This document shows positions 10,442 through 20,129 of a stretch of DNA of 64,000 bases, in pieces; position 1 is the stretch's first letter, and each line of letters begins with the position of its first letter. The notes under the pieces are model-generated. The model was not told the origin of the DNA. It saw only the letters and a program-made list of their open reading frames with translations, and did no database searches. Origin of the DNA: Promethearchaeia archaeon. Its GTDB lineage: Archaea > Asgardarchaeota > Lokiarchaeia > Sigyniarchaeales > SOKP01. The stretch lies in assembly GCA_029856145.1 (NCBI GenBank), contig JAHQWK010000011.1, forward strand, positions 64,001 through 128,000. Reading direction: 5' to 3'. The translations under genes were made by a program, and so were the position numbers.

Positions 10442-12508
10442 ATGAAATTACAGAAGGAAGGAATAGTCTATACACCTGAAAAAATAACAAACTTTATTGC
10501 TAAAACTACAATTGATAGATTTCTTATAGAAAAAATAAATAATAAGTTCTCAACGAAATTAGTAAATTTAGATATATTGTTTGAAAAATATATCCAAAAA
10601 GGAAATTATAAACAAATTTCCTTCGATCTCCCCATTACTAAGCATGACAGAGAGCAATTCGAATACATTTTTGAAGTCTTAAAAAATTTAACAGTTTTGG
10701 ATCCTGCTGTAGGGAGCGGACACTTTCTCATTGCCGCGTTAAAGGTTTTAGAGAAATATTTCCGCAACTTAAAGAGTTTAGAAATACTAGATTGGCCATA
10801 TTATAAAATTAGAAAACACATTATATCAAATACTTTATATGGTATCGATATTGAAACTGAAGCAATTAAAAATACGAAACAGAGATTGTTGCTAGCGCTT
10901 GCAAACTTAATTGAGGATATGAATGATGCTAATACTTTACAAAATGTTGATTCTAATTATAGAATAGGTAATGCATTAATTGGTTTTATCAGACAATCAG
11001 AAATCAGAAATCCTCATTTTACTGACATAATTGATTGCTTTTATAATGAAATTAAGAGTGTGTTTCAAACTCATAAGGATTTAAGGAAACTTGAATTAAG
11101 AGAAAATGAAAAAAAAGCGATGGTGCATGATTTAAAACCATTTCATTGGTTTTTAGAGTTTCCAGATGTTATAGCAAAAGGTGGTTTTGATATTATAATT
11201 GAAAACCCACCCTATATTTCTAATAGGCAACTAATTCCACTCGAGAAAGCAATATATGAAAAAAGATATAAGACACCAAAAGGCTTAATGAATACATTTG
11301 GAATCTTTATCGAACGGTCAATTGAATTATGCCATTCATCTTCAAGAATCAGTAATATTGTTCACAAAAACCTAATACGTTCAAATAATTATGATTTATT
11401 AAGGAAGTTCCTGCTACAATACACTACAATTGAAGAGATCATTGATTTAGGGGCTGGAGCTTTTCACTCTGTAACAGCTGAAACGGTAATTATAATACTA
11501 ACAATAAAACCACCTCCAAAAGACCATAAAATACTAATTAAAACCAAATTTCCTGATCAAAAATACTTTACACTTCAAGATGTATTGATAAAACAGGTAT
11601 CCCAAAAAACCTTTTTAGAACAGGAAAATTATAATATCAATTTAAACCTTCAATACAAGGAACTTGAAATTATAGATTTTATTAAAAAAAATAGGGATTG
11701 TGAGTTAATCAAATATTTTGAAGCAAAAACGTGTATAGCTACTGGTGATGATGAGAAATTTTTAACAGATCATAAAATAAATCATTTATATAAAAAAACT
11801 TTAAGAGGTAAGAATATCGGGCGTTTTTATATTGATTTTGATAATATGTATGTATTTTATGATTCTAAAGCGCTACATAGAGCTAGAGATGAAGCAATAT
11901 TTCTAAAACCTGAAAAATTGATAATGCAAACAATTAGTTCAAATCTTACTGTAGCTTATGATAACCAGAAATATTATCCCTTAAGTACTTGTATTGCTAT
12001 TATTCCAAAAATTAGTATTGAAAAAGAGGTTAGTATAAGATATCTTCTGCTATTAATGAATTCAAAATTAATGAATTTCTATTATGATTTTGTATTTAAC
12101 TTAGGAGCCCAATTAACGACAGAAATTTCTGTGAATAATATTAACCGTTTACCACTCAAATTACAAAATGATTATGAAATTTTTAACTATCTATCAGAAT
12201 CTATGTCCTATTTGAATAGAAACTTGAAATTGAGAGAGAAAAATAAAGGATATATATTATACTTAGATGATTTAATAAACATTCTAATTTATGAAACAAT
12301 TTTATCTGATAAATTTCAGACTGATGCCTTAAACATAGATCCAATAAATTTAATATCCCAATACTTAGTTAATGTTGATTCCGATTCGATTGAAGAAATT
12401 CAAAATTTTATTGAAAAATTGAAAAATGATAAAGAAATTAATAATCAGATAAGAATTATCAAACAACATCCTTGGGTTAAAATAATTGAAGAGAATTTCG
12501 AAAAATAA
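10442..12508 (+). CDS. N6-adenine DNA methyltransferase, Eco57I/TaqI-like, with C-terminal target-recognition domain
   Basis: YTP, motif I LDPAVGSGHF, YGIDI, FHWFLEFP, motif IV GFDIIIENPPY, LRGKNIGRF and RYLLLLMNSKLMNFYY. Confidence 0.9.
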   Translation: MKLQKEGIVYTPEKITNFIAKTTIDRFLIEKINNKFSTKLVNLDILFEKYIQKGNYKQISFDLPITKHDREQFEYIFEVLKNLTVLDPAVGSGHFLIAALKVLEKYFRNLKSLEILDWPYYKIRKHIISNTLYGIDIETEAIKNTKQRLLLALANLIEDMNDANTLQNVDSNYRIGNALIGFIRQSEIRNPHFTDIIDCFYNEIKSVFQTHKDLRKLELRENEKKAMVHDLKPFHWFLEFPDVIAKGGFDIIIENPPYISNRQLIPLEKAIYEKRYKTPKGLMNTFGIFIERSIELCHSSSRISNIVHKNLIRSNNYDLLRKFLLQYTTIEEIIDLGAGAFHSVTAETVIIILTIKPPPKDHKILIKTKFPDQKYFTLQDVLIKQVSQKTFLEQENYNINLNLQYKELEIIDFIKKNRDCELIKYFEAKTCIATGDDEKFLTDHKINHLYKKTLRGKNIGRFYIDFDNMYVFYDSKALHRARDEAIFLKPEKLIMQTISSNLTVAYDNQKYYPLSTCIAIIPKISIEKEVSIRYLLLLMNSKLMNFYYDFVFNLGAQLTTEISVNNINRLPLKLQNDYEIFNYLSESMSYLNRNLKLREKNKGYILYLDDLINILIYETILSDKFQTDALNIDPINLISQYLVNVDSDSIEEIQNFIEKLKNDKEINNQIRIIKQHPWVKIIEENFEK

Positions 12509-12586
12509 ATCATTCAATTTTTTTGTTTATCTAACAAAATAATAATTAAGATAATCTTTAGAATGTCTTAATATTATTCAACATAT

Positions 12587-13270
12587 ATGAAACCAATTTT
12601 ATCATTTGAAATCAGTATAGTATTTGACGACAAATGCCCTAAACCAGGATTTATACCCGGTTTTGGATTTTCTGCTTTAATATTTAACCACTTCACTGGT
12701 GAATTTTCCTTATTTGACACAGGTGGAAAAAGTAATGTTTTAATTCATAATATTAAAAAATTTAATGTTGATATTTCATCGATAAAGCATGTGATAATTT
12801 CTCATAATCATTATGACCATGCTAGAGGATTGGAAGGAATAATTCAAATTAATCCTAGTGTAAATATTTATGTTCCAATAAACGATTTGAAATCATTTTC
12901 TAGGAAGTTTCCTAATAGCCGCATTCATGGTATTTCTGAAATGATAGAAATTGAAAAAAACCTTGTAAGTTCAGGTCAAATTAAGGATTTTATTCCTGAG
13001 CAATCGGTTTTTCTAAAAACTAAAGAAAATGAATTAATTATATTAGTAGGATGCGCTCATCCTGGTTTAGAAAAATTTATCACGAAAGCTCAAAGTATTG
13101 CTAAGATTAAAGCAATAATTGGAGGATTTCACGGTTTTAGAAAATTATCATATTTAGAAGATATTGAGTTAATAGGAGCTTGTCATTGCTCAAGAAACAT
13201 AAATTTATTTAAAAAATCATTTCCAGGGCAATTTAAGCGTATTTGTCTTGGAGATAATTATTCTTTCTAA
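12587..13270 (+). CDS. Metallo-beta-lactamase-fold hydrolase (COG1237-like)
   Basis: GFSALI, LFDTG, SHNHYDH, EQS, GCAHPG, GGFHG and CHCS. Confidence 0.85.
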   Translation: MKPILSFEISIVFDDKCPKPGFIPGFGFSALIFNHFTGEFSLFDTGGKSNVLIHNIKKFNVDISSIKHVIISHNHYDHARGLEGIIQINPSVNIYVPINDLKSFSRKFPNSRIHGISEMIEIEKNLVSSGQIKDFIPEQSVFLKTKENELIILVGCAHPGLEKFITKAQSIAKIKAIIGGFHGFRKLSYLEDIELIGACHCSRNINLFKKSFPGQFKRICLGDNYSF

Positions 13271-13342
13271 AAGTGTTAAATCTATTTTTAATAGACATAA
13301 GGAAATCTATAATTGGTTTTGATAATTTAACTACGTGATTCT

Positions 13343-13837
13343 ATGTCAAAAAAAAATTCCTCATCTTTGAAATTAAAGCTAAAAATACAAATAAATAATT
13401 TAATCACTATTTATGAACAAAAGGCTGAATGTGGAATATTTTTTAAGCTTGATCCAGAAAAATCTCCTTTAGAGATTCTTGGTGTATTGGATTTTTTAAA
13501 AGATAGGATAAAGAAATGGGGGAATACAAATCTCTTCAGTTATCAAGGTAACTTATTTAGGAAGGGTCCTGTTCTTGTAGTTGGAGCTAGGCATTTAGAA
13601 GAAGCTATAAGTATAATAATTTATATGTATTTATCCAACATTGTGGACAATGAGCACGGAATTGATAATTTAATTGAAAAATTAGGATCATCTAGTGATC
13701 TTGAAGAGTTTTTAAGAAATCAAATTTCAAAAAACTTAGAGAAAGGATATCCAAATAATCCTGATTTGGAATCAAAATTAAGAGATCATATAGATGATAT
13801 AATGGATGATCTAAATGATAAAAATCTAAACTTATAA
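13343..13837 (+). CDS. Hypothetical protein
   Basis: 164-aa ATG ORF with normal composition; converges on the MFS gene with a 6-nt overlap. Confidence 0.65.
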   Translation: MSKKNSSSLKLKLKIQINNLITIYEQKAECGIFFKLDPEKSPLEILGVLDFLKDRIKKWGNTNLFSYQGNLFRKGPVLVVGARHLEEAISIIIYMYLSNIVDNEHGIDNLIEKLGSSSDLEEFLRNQISKNLEKGYPNNPDLESKLRDHIDDIMDDLNDKNLNL

Positions 13838-15112
13838 CTTCTCTGAATTGAATTCTTTTCTTTTAACATTTCGGGAAAATAATATAAGAAATATCAATAT
13901 GGTGGGCCCTAGAAATGTTAAAAACCAATGTATTCCGTATAGATATATTTCAATAACATATCCTGCGATTATTGGAGTTAAACCAAAACCCATTCCTACT
14001 ATAATTTCATTTATGGTGGAATATTTTGTTGTATTTTCTGCAGTTCCGTATTCAAGCATAATTTTCAAGCCAACTCCATGGATTAATCCTAAAAATAATC
14101 CGACTATTGCGGTTATTATTGAAATATACCAGATATTTCCCAAAAGGAAGAATGTAAATGCTACTATAGCCACCATAACAACGCTTATTAATGTAGCTAA
14201 TTTTCTTCTATATATATTCATAAAGTTTATCCATGTTAAACCAAAAAGTTGCATTATTTGTATCCCACATTGCACAAGATAAGTTAGATGAGAAAAATCA
14301 TCAGATAATAGGGCTTTTACAAGAATAGGATAACCAAAAATAAAAATAGATTTTGATATTGTTAAAAACATTATACTTATCCATGAAAAAAGTACAGGAT
14401 AGACAATCATAGGGGTTTTTGAGTTAACTACTAAATCCTCTTTAATATCTAAGTGAGAAAGGGGATCTTCTGATTGATAAATGACAATTTCTTTTGAGGT
14501 ATCGTGTTTTTTATCCTTTTTTAAAAGGAAACTTACAGGGATTAGTAGAAATGATAGTGTCCATGAAATTATCATAGCAAGAAAATCACTCCAAGTCAGT
14601 ACCCACAGAAAACCAACAAGAAGTCCGCCAATGAACCCCGAATTCCATGAGAGATTGAAAAAAGCAAAATTCTTTTTCGATTTTTCAAGACTACTTACTT
14701 TTTGCCATTTACTTAGTAGATTCAAGCAGTTCGGCCAAAAAAATCCCATTGTTAATCCTAGTAAAATCCTGCAAGTAATTAAGAACCAAGCCTCGGGATA
14801 AATTATTTGAAATCCAGTTAAAAATGGTGTTAAGATGGAAGTTAAAATAAGAGCATTTCTTATTCCTAAATATTTTTTAGTAATTATTTGACCTACGAGA
14901 GGAGCTACGATGTAGGTAAGAGCACCAGCTGAAGAGATAAAACCTAATGTACTCGCTTTAATACCTATATCATAATATAGATAATTCGACAAGGCTCTTT
15001 CAAAAATAGACACATAAAATAATCTTATAAAAGCAAGTAGAAATACTGGCCATGTTCGATAGTTTACCGATGCTTGATTTTGGTATGAAGGAGTTTTATT
15101 AGGGGTTTGCAT
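13832..15112 (-). CDS. MFS transporter
   Basis: About 12 hydrophobic segments in two halves; RILLGLTMGFFWP, FNLSWNSGFIGG and GFGLTPIIAG. Confidence 0.85.
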   Translation of the reverse strand: MQTPNKTPSYQNQASVNYRTWPVFLLAFIRLFYVSIFERALSNYLYYDIGIKASTLGFISSAGALTYIVAPLVGQIITKKYLGIRNALILTSILTPFLTGFQIIYPEAWFLITCRILLGLTMGFFWPNCLNLLSKWQKVSSLEKSKKNFAFFNLSWNSGFIGGLLVGFLWVLTWSDFLAMIISWTLSFLLIPVSFLLKKDKKHDTSKEIVIYQSEDPLSHLDIKEDLVVNSKTPMIVYPVLFSWISIMFLTISKSIFIFGYPILVKALLSDDFSHLTYLVQCGIQIMQLFGLTWINFMNIYRRKLATLISVVMVAIVAFTFFLLGNIWYISIITAIVGLFLGLIHGVGLKIMLEYGTAENTTKYSTINEIIVGMGFGLTPIIAGYVIEIYLYGIHWFLTFLGPTILIFLILFSRNVKRKEFNSEKL

Positions 15113-15247
15113 AATTATATCCCTTTCATTATCAAGTTAAAAATTAAAATTATGTTTTACTCAAATACTTTCTTAAAAATAGGTAGAAATAAATAAGAGG
15201 ATTGTTATTTCATATTTCTTACATTCTACTAGGGGATATTTGATCAT

Positions 15248-16024
15248 ATGAGAAATATAAAGTTAAAGGTAACTTTTTTTTTAGGTATCTTAACAATTAT
15301 AGCTTCAATTCAACCAGCTTTTGCATTAAACCAATATTCTGTAAACCCGGACGCACATTTTAGATGGAATGCTACAAAATATATCTTTATAAAAGATGGT
15401 TTAGGTCTGGGGAATGATCTTGAGTACACTCTTTCTTATTACTTGGAATTTAATTTCACAAATTGGGCTGGATTGACCGGAGCAGAATACCTAAATGGAA
15501 CAGTAAATAACAATGGGACTATTTATAACGGAGATTTAAGTCATGAAATATATTATGGGGGTACACCAGGACAAGATTGGGCTACAATAATTCTTAATAT
15601 TGGGGTAGCCACATATCCTGTATATATATATTTAATATGCAATACTGAAATAGAACAAACAACAAAACCCCAAATGCAAACGCTTGATAATAGTTCATGG
15701 ATCAATTTTAACGAACCTTCAACAAATAATTTTACACTTACTGGAACTTTTACCAGTGGTCCTGATGTTACAACTTATACAGGGAATATTGAGTTTAACT
15801 CAGATAAAGTTTTGAAATATGTGTTTGATGAAGTAGTGCAGGAATCTTCAGGTGAAACTGTCAGCATTACGCGATATATATGGAATCTCACATATACTCC
15901 CGGAACTGGGGGTGATCCAAACGGTATTCCTGGTTTTCCGCTTTATATGGTAATTGCTGCTGCTGCAATTGGTTTCATTTTAATTCTAAGAAAAAAAAGT
16001 CTAATTAGAATAAAATTAAAATAA
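15248..16024 (+). CDS. Secreted surface protein with Loki-CTERM-like sorting signal
   Basis: Signal peptide ending ...IQPAFA; many NxT/S sequons; C-terminal GIPGF, TM helix and RKK. Confidence 0.8.
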   Translation: MRNIKLKVTFFLGILTIIASIQPAFALNQYSVNPDAHFRWNATKYIFIKDGLGLGNDLEYTLSYYLEFNFTNWAGLTGAEYLNGTVNNNGTIYNGDLSHEIYYGGTPGQDWATIILNIGVATYPVYIYLICNTEIEQTTKPQMQTLDNSSWINFNEPSTNNFTLTGTFTSGPDVTTYTGNIEFNSDKVLKYVFDEVVQESSGETVSITRYIWNLTYTPGTGGDPNGIPGFPLYMVIAAAAIGFILILRKKSLIRIKLK

Positions 16025-16048
16025 ATTCTACTTATTTTTTTTAAATTT

Positions 16049-16672
16049 TTATTCTTCCCTTTTCCTCAATTTCGGTATAAACATCGGCACATTTTTCTTG
16101 TAATCCTCATATTCTTTACCAAATTCTTTAATGAGCTCTTTTTCTTCTTTCCATGAGATGAGAAAGTTTAATATTATTACAATTGGAGTCGCAATGAGAG
16201 AAAAGAATGAGGATAATAGAAAAGAAATTCCAATATGGGCTATCATACCGCCTAAATACTGGGGATGCCTTATTACCAAGTATAGCCCTGATGAGACGAT
16301 TGTTTCTGTTCTATGCGTTTCTGCTACTTTCAATGTTGTTTCTTTTACACTAGCAATTCCTAGCCATGCACCAATCATAATAAGGGGGACAGAAATTATA
16401 AGATGAATCACTGGAATTGATAAATTTATAATTGGAATAGTTAACACAACATTTTCTAAAAGTGGGATTGCAAAGATAGGTTGAGGTGAAAGCCACACTC
16501 CAAACCAAAACATAAAGAAGCCCCATCCTGAAATGAGACCAAAAATATCACCAATTTTAGTTCCCCTTTCCTTTCCATATTTCTTTTGGAGTTTTAAGTG
16601 TTCAACTGATAAAAAATGGAGAATTACCATTAAACACATGCCCATGATGGAAACAACAAACCAGATACACAT
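16049..16672 (-). CDS. Isoprenylcysteine carboxyl methyltransferase/PEMT-family membrane methyltransferase
   Basis: GLYLVIRHPQYLG and EEKELIKEFGKEYEDYKKNVPMFIP. Confidence 0.85.
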   Translation of the reverse strand: MCIWFVVSIMGMCLMVILHFLSVEHLKLQKKYGKERGTKIGDIFGLISGWGFFMFWFGVWLSPQPIFAIPLLENVVLTIPIINLSIPVIHLIISVPLIMIGAWLGIASVKETTLKVAETHRTETIVSSGLYLVIRHPQYLGGMIAHIGISFLLSSFFSLIATPIVIILNFLISWKEEKELIKEFGKEYEDYKKNVPMFIPKLRKREE

Positions 16673-16708
16673 TTTTCTTATTCTTATCTTAAAAAGACTA
16701 TAAATTTT

Positions 16709-17203
16709 TTAATCTTTTACAATATATCTTTGGATACAATGTTTATCTCCATGAGTAAGAATAGATGGTACTTCTATTTTCAGGTTAGGATTGTATCCCT
16801 TTAAAATAGCTTCATCAATATAATCACAGTAGATCTTACCATACTCTAGCTTATCCCAATCCTTGCATCCATCACAAAATACACACTCTCTTATTATAAG
16901 CTCCACATTACCATCTACTATATTAACCTTGTATTTTGTGGTTTCTCCAGCATCAAAAGTGCTGTAAATAAAATAATTCTTTAATGTTAACTCCTTTCCT
17001 AGTGATTTAACAATTTCTGCAATTTCATTCCCTCGTCTTTCTCCAAATTTTTTCACAGCATTAATAATGGTTTCTTTCCCACTCTCTCCAAATCGGGATG
17101 CAACCTCTTCTGTAAGCTTACAAAAAAGTCTAGCAAAAAAGTTAAATAAATTAATTTTGTATTTATCTCCAACTTCTCCCATTTCTTTAAGAGTATCCAT
17201 CAA
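16709..17203 (-). CDS. L-2-amino-thiazoline-4-carboxylate hydrolase-like (V4R/H-NOX-type fold) protein; may start at 17239
   Basis: AVKKFGERRG, ECVFCDGC, GKIYCDYIDEAILKGYNP and GDKHC. Confidence 0.75.
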   Translation of the reverse strand: MMDTLKEMGEVGDKYKINLFNFFARLFCKLTEEVASRFGESGKETIINAVKKFGERRGNEIAEIVKSLGKELTLKNYFIYSTFDAGETTKYKVNIVDGNVELIIRECVFCDGCKDWDKLEYGKIYCDYIDEAILKGYNPNLKIEVPSILTHGDKHCIQRYIVKD

Positions 17204-17374
17204 ATCTTCATTTGTAAAACCTTTAGATTCATTCGGAATTTTAAATCACACCTCGCTTTAAGATTTTATTTATATAGTGATTAGGATGATTGAAGAATAT
17301 ATAAATTATTTGATTAGAACCTTAAGGCTTTATTTTGAGACAATCCGATATAAAAGTGAAAATCAATTTGGTAA

Positions 17375-17382
17375 TTTATATA
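17375..17382 (+). promoter_or_regulatory. Candidate TATA box of the cold-shock gene
   Basis: TTTATATA about 63 nt upstream of the ATG at 17446. Confidence 0.4.
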
Positions 17383-17445
17383 GCATAAACTTATTAGAAA
17401 GAAATACTTAAAATTCATAATCCCAAATTTGTTTAGGTTGTCCCA

Positions 17446-17700
17446 ATGGGAAAAGGAACTGTAAAATGGTTTGATAAGAAAAAAGGCTATGGCTTTGTCA
17501 CGCCAGATGATGGATCTGCTGACATATTTGTTCATTATTCTGCTATAGAAGGTGAAACGGATGAATTTAAGGTCGTTTATGAGGGCGATATTGTCGAATA
17601 TGAGATTACAGAAGGAAAAAAAGGCCCACAAGCTAGTAATGTTAAAATAATTGAAAAAGGACCAAGAACAGATACACGTAGCCGAAGATCTTTTTATTAA
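17446..17700 (+). CDS. csp: Cold-shock domain protein (CspA family)
   Basis: GTVKWF, RNP1 KGYGFV, RNP2 IFVHYS and KGPQASNV. Confidence 0.95.
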   Translation: MGKGTVKWFDKKKGYGFVTPDDGSADIFVHYSAIEGETDEFKVVYEGDIVEYEITEGKKGPQASNVKIIEKGPRTDTRSRRSFY

Positions 17701-17791
17701 TTAGTTATGTATTAATTAAAAAAAGAATAAATGGTATAAATACAAGGAATTTTGCAAGATATGAAATATATGAAATTGAGTTTTTGAACTT

Positions 17792-17833
17792 AGATTTAAT
17801 CGTATTTTAAATCTTACAGATTCCCTTTTTTTT
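17792..17833 (+). terminator. Hairpin plus T-tract between the convergent csp and RNase J-like genes
   Basis: AGATTTAA-N7-TTAAATCT followed by a long T run. Confidence 0.4.
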
Positions 17834-17850
17834 ATTTAACAAATTAACCA

Positions 17851-19371
17851 TTAAATTGTATATTTTTCATCATCTTTTAGAAGAACAGCATTATCAAAGT
17901 TTTTACTAAACCACTCAGGATTATCAGTATGTACGGGAATTATTATATCCGGATCTATTGTGCCGATTATTTTAACTAAATCTGATTTTGAAACATGCCC
18001 TGATGCATGGTATCCTTTCGTGAATTGTGGTTTTATCCGAGCACCTTCCTCAATAATTTCAAATCCAACAATCTTAAATTTGAAGAATTTAAGCCAATTA
18101 TACAATCTTATGAAGGGATACTCAGATTCTTCTTCAAAAGCTTCACTTGAAGAATAAATATAAGTTCCATTATAGGGCTTTATATCTAAAAGATTTTTTA
18201 TATCAAAAAGAGAAAAGCAAACTATGAATTTATCTGGATCTTTTGAGATCTCTTTTGGATCTATATAACTTATTTCTCTTTCTGAATTTTTAAGAAATTT
18301 TTCCCACCCTTTATTTATTGGCTTCAAATCTCTATAGACTCGCAAATCTTTTATTCTATCGATCTCATCAGCTTTTTCAAGTGCATTAAGTAAGTATGCA
18401 TCTCTTGGAGTTATAATAAGAGTTCTTCCTATTTTCTTTGCAATTGAGTTAAACATTTCAAGTCTCTCAAAATTTCGTGCCGTAAAATCTGCAATGATAA
18501 GTCCTTTTGCTTCTTCAGCAGTGCCTAAAGATTTTTCATATACTATATCTTCAGATTCATTAACATCTTCTCTTTTAGCTCTAGTTCCTTCAATTATTAG
18601 GATAGACGCATCTTTAGCTTTTTTAATAAACTCTTCACTTTTTTTCCCCTTTTTTCCATGAAGTCGAAAATCACCTGTATAAGCAATAGTTTTATCACCA
18701 GAAATAATATAGGCTGTTGCACCATAAATTGAGTGATCTACTTCAAAAGCTTTTATATCAAAATTAGAGGAGAAATCATTTAGGAGTGATAGAGACCCCT
18801 CAGTGAATTTTGTACGACTCTTAGTACTTAAATTTAGGAACTCCTTAAAGGCTTCAGAAAAAGATTCTGTACAAATAAAATCTCGACCATAATCTTTATA
18901 CCTTTCTGGTTTTAAAATTCGCTTATCCTCATTTAATACCTTAAGTGAATAATAAGCAACGTCAGATCCTAGCATTGCAGAAGAAGTATCTAGCATTGCT
19001 TTAAGTAGCATAATAGTAGAAGGTGACGCAATAATTGGATAATCTGTATTAAGTAATCCAATATTTCCACAATGATCCATATGTGCATGACTAAGAAGCA
19101 AAGCTTTCACATTCAAAGAAGGAAATGAAGATATACTGATATCCGTTGGGATTAAATCTTTTCGGTATATATTAAGTTTAGGGATTAGATTAAGTTGAAG
19201 TAGATCGTGAATACCTCTTGGCTTTCTTGGGGAAATAAATTCTTGAAAAAAATCTCCATATTTTTTAAAATTCATTCCAAAATCAAGAAAAAAGCCTTGA
19301 CCTTTTTCCTCTATATATATTTTATTTCCTCCAATTGTATCATTACCATCAAAAATCTGTATAGATGTCAT
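17851..19371 (-). CDS. Beta-CASP metallo-beta-lactamase, RNase J-like
   Basis: IGGNKI, LDFG, SHAHMDH, VDHS, YTGDFRLHG, IEGT, HASGH and IPVHT. Confidence 0.85.
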   Translation of the reverse strand: MTSIQIFDGNDTIGGNKIYIEEKGQGFFLDFGMNFKKYGDFFQEFISPRKPRGIHDLLQLNLIPKLNIYRKDLIPTDISISSFPSLNVKALLLSHAHMDHCGNIGLLNTDYPIIASPSTIMLLKAMLDTSSAMLGSDVAYYSLKVLNEDKRILKPERYKDYGRDFICTESFSEAFKEFLNLSTKSRTKFTEGSLSLLNDFSSNFDIKAFEVDHSIYGATAYIISGDKTIAYTGDFRLHGKKGKKSEEFIKKAKDASILIIEGTRAKREDVNESEDIVYEKSLGTAEEAKGLIIADFTARNFERLEMFNSIAKKIGRTLIITPRDAYLLNALEKADEIDRIKDLRVYRDLKPINKGWEKFLKNSEREISYIDPKEISKDPDKFIVCFSLFDIKNLLDIKPYNGTYIYSSSEAFEEESEYPFIRLYNWLKFFKFKIVGFEIIEEGARIKPQFTKGYHASGHVSKSDLVKIIGTIDPDIIIPVHTDNPEWFSKNFDNAVLLKDDEKYTI

Positions 19372-19545
19372 TATTATGGAGAATTTCTTTTACCTATTCT
19401 TTTATCATCTTTTCCATATTAAAAAGATTATAAAACTGATTGCTTTATCTACAATTTTATAGAAATTATATAAAGGTATTGTTCTTCTATTCTATTTATT
19501 AATTTAATTGACTTCTTATATAATTTTTACTAACTTTATGTGAAA

Positions 19546-20010
19546 TTATAATTTCAATTCATAAAATTTTGCATTCTCAAATGGATTATAACGATAAGGA
19601 GTAATTTCTTTAAATCCTAAAGCCAAATATAGAGTTATCGCCTCTTTCATAAAAGGTAATGTATCTAAACGCATATATTTATATCCAATTTCTTTTGCTT
19701 TATGGATGATTGCAGTTGATAAACCTTTTCCAATATTTTTTCTTCGATATTTTGGGCGAATATATAATCTTTTCATCTCACATACATCATCTTGGAATTT
19801 TCTTACAGCTACACATCCTACCAGTTTATCCTCATAATAAGCTAATAAAATACATCCTTCTGGCGGAGAATAATGCCCAGGTAATGTTTTTAATTCCTCC
19901 TTAAAATTTTGAAAGTTCAAATCAATACCTAAATAATTGGCATATTCAATGAAAAGCTTTTGGGTACGTTTAATTTGTTTTTCTGTTAATGCTTGTTTAA
20001 ATACTAACAT
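19546..20010 (-). CDS. GNAT N-acetyltransferase
   Basis: CEMKRLYIRPKYRRKNIGK, MRLDTLPFM and LYLALGF. Confidence 0.92.
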   Translation of the reverse strand: MLVFKQALTEKQIKRTQKLFIEYANYLGIDLNFQNFKEELKTLPGHYSPPEGCILLAYYEDKLVGCVAVRKFQDDVCEMKRLYIRPKYRRKNIGKGLSTAIIHKAKEIGYKYMRLDTLPFMKEAITLYLALGFKEITPYRYNPFENAKFYELKL

Positions 20011-20129
20011 CCTTAAAGTTTTTAATAACTTGGCTTGTAAACTCTTTTCAAATTTATTAATAATTACCTATAAGCTTCCTTTAAATTAAAAAAGAATACT
20101 TTAAATAAGAATTATCAATAGGTAAAACC

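Noticed and set aside
16049-16672. ICMT-like enzyme as a modifier of the Rab-like GTPase
   Set aside because: None of the GTPases here has a C-terminal Cys motif, and the family is widespread in prokaryotes
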